The notes under the pieces are model-generated. The model was not told where the DNA came from. It did no database searches and saw only the letters and a list, made by a program, of their open reading frames with translations. Of a stretch of DNA of 64,000 nucleotides, positions 59,032-64,000 are shown piece by piece. Every line of letters starts with the position of its first letter. The stretch's first letter is position 1. This DNA is from an uncultured Gemmatimonadales bacterium. GTDB taxonomy: Bacteria; Gemmatimonadota; Gemmatimonadetes; Gemmatimonadales; GWC2-71-9. Position numbers and translations under genes: made by a program. Location: NCBI GenBank assembly GCA_963825055.1, contig CAWGSK010000012.1, positions 96,001-160,000 on the forward strand. The letters are read 5' to 3'.

Positions 59032-61287
59032 ATGGTCCAGAGCAGACTGCTTTCCCGCTCCATTCTCCTGTGCATGACCGCCCTGGCGCTCCTCGTGCCG
59101 CGGTCGGGGCACGCCCAGGCGCCCGCCGGGCGGGCGTCACTCGAGTCGTTCCGCGATTCCATCGGCACGGTGCGCGACACGACGGCGCTGCTCGAACTGG
59201 AGAAGCGCCTCATCAACGTGGCCCGGGTGGACCGGGACAGCGTCATGCTGCACCTGAAGCTCGGGTTCCTGGCGCTTCGGGTGGGTGACCTCGGCGGGCA
59301 GTCGCACTACGAAGACGCGGCCAGCGAATTCACGTGGGCCACCGACCTCCAGCCCGACTGGCCCTACGGCTGGTACGGGCTGGGCCTTGCCGAGACCGGC
59401 GTCGGCGCGCCCCAGATCTCGTTCATCGCCGGACTACAGCAGATGTTCGGCAAGGATCACCTGACCCGCGCTGCCATGGCCTTTGCCCGCGCGGCCACCG
59501 TCGACCCGTCGTTCGTCAAGGGACTTGTGGAGCTGTCGAACACGGCGCTGCGCCAGCGGGTCAACATCAAGCTTGAGCTGGCGCTGGGCGCGCTCAGGCT
59601 CGCCGCGGGAACGAAGGCGGCCGACGATCCTTCCTTCCAGCTTGTGCGCGGCCAGGTCGAGCGCGAGATCGGCAACCCGGACAGCGCGATCGTCGCCTTC
59701 CGCCGCTATCTCGAGGTCGGAGGGACACGTTCCCTTGGCCTGCTGGAACTGGCCCGCTCGGAGTTCGTGAAGGGGGACCTGGCCGGCGTGAAGCCTTACT
59801 ACGAGGGCGCCGCCATCGATGACACGGCCACCGTCGCGGAGTATCGCCACGACCTCTCGCTCATCGCGGCTGACAGCATGCTCCGGCGCTTCGACGCGAC
59901 GGCAGGGGAGGGACGCGCGGCCTTCCTGCGCTCGTTCTGGTCGGACCGGGCGTGGCGACAGCTCCGCACGCCCGACGAGCGACTCCGTGAGCACTACCGC
60001 CGGATCCATTATGCCAAGCGGAACTTCGCGCTGGTCAGCCCGAACCGGCACTACGACATCATCGAGCGCTATCGTTCCGGCAGTACCGATTTTGACGATC
60101 GCGGGATCATCTACATCCGGCACGGTGAGCCCGATGCCCGCGCGACGCTGACCGGCCATGACCTCGAAGCGAACGAGACCTGGCGGTTCGACCGGGCAGA
60201 CGGGAACCTCGTGTTCCACTTTGTCGCGCGCGAGGATGTGCAGGACTACAAGCTGGTGGAGAGTGTCCAGGATCTCCTGGGGTTTGCGGAATCCGTCCGC
60301 CTTCGCAGCGACCAGGAGGGCGTGACCCGGCGCGGCGTCTATGACGACCTGCTGCAGAGCCGGGAGCAGATCGCGCCGATCTACGGCCGGCTCCAGGCGG
60401 CGGGCCTGACCTCCGTCAACCTGCAGGGCGAGGAACGGCGGCTCGGCCAGCGCAGCATCGAGATCGGCACCACGACGGACAGTTACGAACTGGACTACGA
60501 TGTCGCGCTGCCCCTGCGCAGCAACGTCATTGCACTCGGTGGCGGGGAAGAGGCGAACCGGGTCTTCGTCACCTATGCCATTCCCGGCTCCGAACTGGTG
60601 CCGGTCCGGACGGCGCAGGGCAATGTGTATCCCATCCGGGTGCGAGTGGCCTTCCAGGATCGCTCGGGACACACCGTGTCCACCCTGGACACCACCTCGT
60701 ACTTCCTGAACCAGGGCACCATTCCGCCGGGCGAGCATCTCGTCGGCAAGGTCGTGCTCCCCGTGCCCCCCGGACACCTCACGTACCGCCTTGCGCTGCA
60801 GGAAGGCGATAGCCGGGGCATGGTCTTCGCGACCGATTCCCTCACGGTCGCCCCGCTCAACGGGACCACCTTTGCCGTGAGTGACCTGGTGCTCGGCTGG
60901 CGAAGTGCCAACCTCCGCTGGGTCTCCAGCCGGGGCGATACGGTCTTCTTCAACCCGACCAACGCCTACCGGCCCGGGACCGACATGGAGGTATACTATG
61001 AGGTGTACGGCCTCCCGTCCGGCACGGAGTACCGCACGCAGCTGGTGGTGGAGAAGCAGGGCAGTGGAGGTCTCTTCGGACTCTTCGGCAAGTCAAAGCC
61101 GATCAGCCTGAGTTTCACCGATCGCGCCGACGGCGCCGCCACGGAGGTGCGCCGGAGCATTGCCCTGGACAAGCTCAAACCCGGACGCTACGAACTCCAG
61201 CTCATCATTACCTCACCCGGGGGCCAGAAGGAAACGCGCAAGCGTCCCTTCACCGTGGCGCCCGACGGGAGCACCGCCTCACGATGA
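59032..61287 (+). CDS. GWxTD domain-containing secreted protein
   Basis: Signal peptide; TPR-like helices; FW..EHYRRIHYA..DDRGIIYIRHGEPD..ETW. Confidence 0.75.
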   Translation: MVQSRLLSRSILLCMTALALLVPRSGHAQAPAGRASLESFRDSIGTVRDTTALLELEKRLINVARVDRDSVMLHLKLGFLALRVGDLGGQSHYEDAASEFTWATDLQPDWPYGWYGLGLAETGVGAPQISFIAGLQQMFGKDHLTRAAMAFARAATVDPSFVKGLVELSNTALRQRVNIKLELALGALRLAAGTKAADDPSFQLVRGQVEREIGNPDSAIVAFRRYLEVGGTRSLGLLELARSEFVKGDLAGVKPYYEGAAIDDTATVAEYRHDLSLIAADSMLRRFDATAGEGRAAFLRSFWSDRAWRQLRTPDERLREHYRRIHYAKRNFALVSPNRHYDIIERYRSGSTDFDDRGIIYIRHGEPDARATLTGHDLEANETWRFDRADGNLVFHFVAREDVQDYKLVESVQDLLGFAESVRLRSDQEGVTRRGVYDDLLQSREQIAPIYGRLQAAGLTSVNLQGEERRLGQRSIEIGTTTDSYELDYDVALPLRSNVIALGGGEEANRVFVTYAIPGSELVPVRTAQGNVYPIRVRVAFQDRSGHTVSTLDTTSYFLNQGTIPPGEHLVGKVVLPVPPGHLTYRLALQEGDSRGMVFATDSLTVAPLNGTTFAVSDLVLGWRSANLRWVSSRGDTVFFNPTNAYRPGTDMEVYYEVYGLPSGTEYRTQLVVEKQGSGGLFGLFGKSKPISLSFTDRADGAATEVRRSIALDKLKPGRYELQLIITSPGGQKETRKRPFTVAPDGSTASR

Positions 61288-61387
61288 CCTTCCGGCTGGA
61301 GCAGGGCCCGGGGCGGGTCTTCGTTGTTCTCTCGCCGGGGCTGACTGGTTCTTGACGCCGGCCTCCGCGGCGGCGTAGCTTCGGCCG

Positions 61388-63037
61388 ATGTTCTGCTCCC
61401 GCTGCGGCTCGGAAGTCCCCTCCGACGCCAGGCACTGCACTGCCTGCGGCCACAGCCTGCGTACCACCGCTCCCGCTGACGTTCCACCCTCTGATCTCGA
61501 GCAGGTTCGCGCCGCGCTGGCCGCGGAGTACGACGTGCGCGTCGAACTGGGCCGCGGCGGCATGGCCATCGTCTACCGCGCGCGGGAGGTCGCCCTCGAG
61601 CGGGACGTGGCCATCAAGGTGCTGCCGACGGTGCTCGCGTTCGATGCCGAGTTCATCGAGCGGTTCCAGCGCGAGGCCAGGACGGCGGCTGGCCTCGAGC
61701 ATCCCCACATCATTCCGGTGTACCGGGTGGGTCGCGCGGGTGCCGTGACCTACTTCGTGATGAAGTATCTGCGGGGCGGGTCCCTCAGCGACCTGCTTGG
61801 CCGGCGCGGCCGCCTGTCGCCGCCCGAGGTGCGCCGGCTGCTGATCGATACCGCCTCCGCTCTCGGGCACGCGGCGCGGCGCGGCGTGGTGCACCGGGAC
61901 ATCAAGCCGGATAACATCCTCTTCGACGAAAACGGTTCACCGACCGTCACCGACTTCGGCATCGCCAAGGCGGCCCGGGGCCGGCGATTGACCAGCACCG
62001 GCATGTCCATCGGGACGCCGCACTACATGAGCCCCGAACAGGCCCGTGCCCAGGAAACCGATGGTCGGAGTGATCTCTACAGCCTTGGCGTCGTCGCCTA
62101 TCAGTGCCTGACGGGACGGGTGCCGTTCGACGGGGCCGATGCGTACGCCATCGGCCTGCAGCACATTACCGACCCACTGCCCGAGCCCCTGCTCGGAGAC
62201 CCGGATGAGCGCCGCCTCTTCGCCACCATCCGCCGCCTGCTGGCCAAGCAGCCGGAGGATCGCTTTCCCCATGCGGATGCGCTGGTCGAGGCGCTCTCCG
62301 GGGGCGAGCTCGCGCCGGCCCGGCTCGAGGGGGAGCGGCGCGAGCCGCTCCACCTCCCGCGCGACGCGACGATGCCGGTCAATCCGGCCGCGCCAACGAC
62401 GCCAGCCCCCGCCGTCGCACTCGGAGTGGGCACCCCACGTCCCGCCTTGACGCCGCGGAGCGGAAGGCGCCCGGTGGCGCGCCGTCCCCGTCCGCCGCGC
62501 CGCTCCCGCACGCCCTGGTTGCTGATCACGGTGCTGTTGCTGGCCGCGGCCGGTGGCTGGTACTACGCCAGGTACCGGACCCTGGATCCAGGGGCCTTCA
62601 CGCGGGCAGGCACGGCGCCGGCGCCGGTGGATTCACTCGCGGCCGTGGATTCCCCCGCCCCGGACACGATGCCCTCGGCGCCGCCCGTCGTGGATATTCC
62701 AGCGGCGACACAGGGTCGTCAGGGCCCGCCCCCCGCGGCGGTCATTGCCCCCGCAGCACCGCCTTCCAGCCCCACGACCGATGCCGCCCCGCCCGACTCC
62801 GGAGCCCTCCGCGTGGTCGGTGTGCCACGGGGAACGACGGTCCTGCTCGACGGCCGTCCCGTGCTGACCGCCGTGACCCGCGTACGCACCGGCCGGCACG
62901 TGCTCGCGATCTCGGCGCCACGCCATGAATTCTGGACCGACACCGTTACCATTGTGGTGGGCGAGGTGAGCGAGGTCCGGCCGCAGCTGGTCCCGTTCGG
63001 GACGCCGCGACCGTCGAGTCGCCGCGCCGTCCCCTGA
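61388..63037 (+). CDS. Hanks-type Ser/Thr protein kinase (zinc ribbon, TM, PEGA-like C-terminus)
   Basis: LGRGGMA, AIK, HRDIKPDN, DFG, GTPHYMSPE. Confidence 0.93.
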   Translation: MFCSRCGSEVPSDARHCTACGHSLRTTAPADVPPSDLEQVRAALAAEYDVRVELGRGGMAIVYRAREVALERDVAIKVLPTVLAFDAEFIERFQREARTAAGLEHPHIIPVYRVGRAGAVTYFVMKYLRGGSLSDLLGRRGRLSPPEVRRLLIDTASALGHAARRGVVHRDIKPDNILFDENGSPTVTDFGIAKAARGRRLTSTGMSIGTPHYMSPEQARAQETDGRSDLYSLGVVAYQCLTGRVPFDGADAYAIGLQHITDPLPEPLLGDPDERRLFATIRRLLAKQPEDRFPHADALVEALSGGELAPARLEGERREPLHLPRDATMPVNPAAPTTPAPAVALGVGTPRPALTPRSGRRPVARRPRPPRRSRTPWLLITVLLLAAAGGWYYARYRTLDPGAFTRAGTAPAPVDSLAAVDSPAPDTMPSAPPVVDIPAATQGRQGPPPAAVIAPAAPPSSPTTDAAPPDSGALRVVGVPRGTTVLLDGRPVLTAVTRVRTGRHVLAISAPRHEFWTDTVTIVVGEVSEVRPQLVPFGTPRPSSRRAVP

Positions 63038-63065
63038 CGACCGTTTCCTCCAGACTGGAATCCGC

Positions 63066-63569
63066 ATGCCGACGATCCACGCCACCGCCTTCGTTGCGCC
63101 CACCGCCGCTGTCATGGGGGATGTGACGCTGGGCGAGGAATCGAGCGTATGGTACCAGGCGGTCCTGCGGGGGGACATGGCGCCGATCCGGATCGGGGCG
63201 CAGACCAACCTCCAGGACGGTACCATCGTTCATGTGGACGAGGATGTGCCCTGCACGATCGGCCAGCGGGTCGGGGTGGGGCACCGGGCGATCCTCCACG
63301 GGTGCACGGTGGAGGACGACTGCCTGATCGGGATGGGCAGCATACTCCTCAATAACGTGCATGTAGGGACGGGGAGCGTGGTGGCGGCCGGGGCGGTCCT
63401 GCCGGAAGGCATGCGTGTGCCCCCCGGTTCGCTCGTCATCGGCGTTCCCGGCCGGATTGTCCGCCAGGTGGACGAGACCCTGACCGCGCGAATCCGCGGG
63501 ACCTGGGAGCATTACGTGGCCCAGGCGCGCGCGCACCGGGAAGGCCGGTATCCGCTGGCCGGGGGGTGA
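63066..63569 (+). CDS. Gamma carbonic anhydrase family (hexapeptide repeat) protein
   Basis: VLRGD, NLQDG.IVH, GHRAILHGC. Confidence 0.92.
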   Translation: MPTIHATAFVAPTAAVMGDVTLGEESSVWYQAVLRGDMAPIRIGAQTNLQDGTIVHVDEDVPCTIGQRVGVGHRAILHGCTVEDDCLIGMGSILLNNVHVGTGSVVAAGAVLPEGMRVPPGSLVIGVPGRIVRQVDETLTARIRGTWEHYVAQARAHREGRYPLAGG

Positions 63570-63814
63570 GGAAAGCTGCACCCCCCGTTAGATTTCCACT
63601 CACATAACTTTGTGATGTGAAGAGTAAAAACCGGCGTCGTCCCGGGACTTCTGGCCGTATTGTGCCGGCCTGACTTCTGACCTAGCTTACCCCTCCGCCT
63701 GTTGACCTGGCCGCGTTGTCGAACAGGATGACAGTTGGAAGGAGACGGCTTGATCAGCCCCGACCAGGCCGGCAGTGTGACCCCACGGAACACTTCAGAC
63801 AAAGCGAGTATGCC

Positions 63815-64000
63815 ATGACCCAGTCGTCCACGCCGCGGGACGGAGTTCGGCTTTCGGCCAACGCGATCACGGTGCTGCAGAAGCGATACCTGATCAAGGA
63901 TGAAAGCGGCGAGCCCGTGGAGCAGCCGGAAGACCTGTTCTGGCGCGTGGCGAGGACGATTGCGCAGGCCGACCAGAAGTACGGCGCCTCCGAGGGAGCC
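63815..64000 (+). CDS. nrdJ: Ribonucleotide reductase N-terminus, probably class II (B12-dependent), partial
   Basis: LSANAITVLQKRYLIKD..E.PEDLFWRVA; runs off the window end. Confidence 0.8.
   Translation, partial: MTQSSTPRDGVRLSANAITVLQKRYLIKDESGEPVEQPEDLFWRVARTIAQADQKYGASEGA

Noticed and set aside
63570..63814. Cobalamin riboswitch upstream of nrdJ
   Set aside because: The conserved GGGAA / GCCACTG elements are not recognisable.

Overview
This is a high-GC bacterial chromosome segment. Gene content suggests Gemmatimonadota, but that is inference only. 1-11.3 kb holds the S10/spc ribosomal protein cluster from rplD to secY-adk-map, without the usual infA/alpha-operon continuation. 11-29 kb is mostly housekeeping (suhB, trpS, purA, ypdA, glyQS, priA). 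It also has a degenerate PilT, a minor-pilin operon preceded by a candidate c-di-GMP-I-like riboswitch, and a small cluster with a ubiquitin-like protein. The highlight is a tightly coupled five-gene operon at 29.6-36.5 kb behind a sigma54-type promoter. It encodes a His-rich membrane protein, 17- and 19-heme c-type cytochromes, an outer-membrane beta-barrel, and a membrane-anchored, apparently circularly permuted Fe-S/FAD NADPH oxidoreductase. Together these form a candidate trans-envelope electron conduit. 36.5-64 kb holds a TonB receptor, fur-ccdA, an ABC exporter, tandem lipoproteins, ggt, a murQ-anmK-nagZ-SSS peptidoglycan recycling operon, a kinase/phosphatase/FHA-protease module, an amidase, a GWxTD protein, a second kinase, a gamma-carbonic anhydrase family gene and the start of nrdJ. 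Several genes carry single-base frameshifts that may be sequencing errors. No rRNA, tRNA, CRISPR array or transposase was seen. All calls come from motif recognition by eye; no database searches were run.
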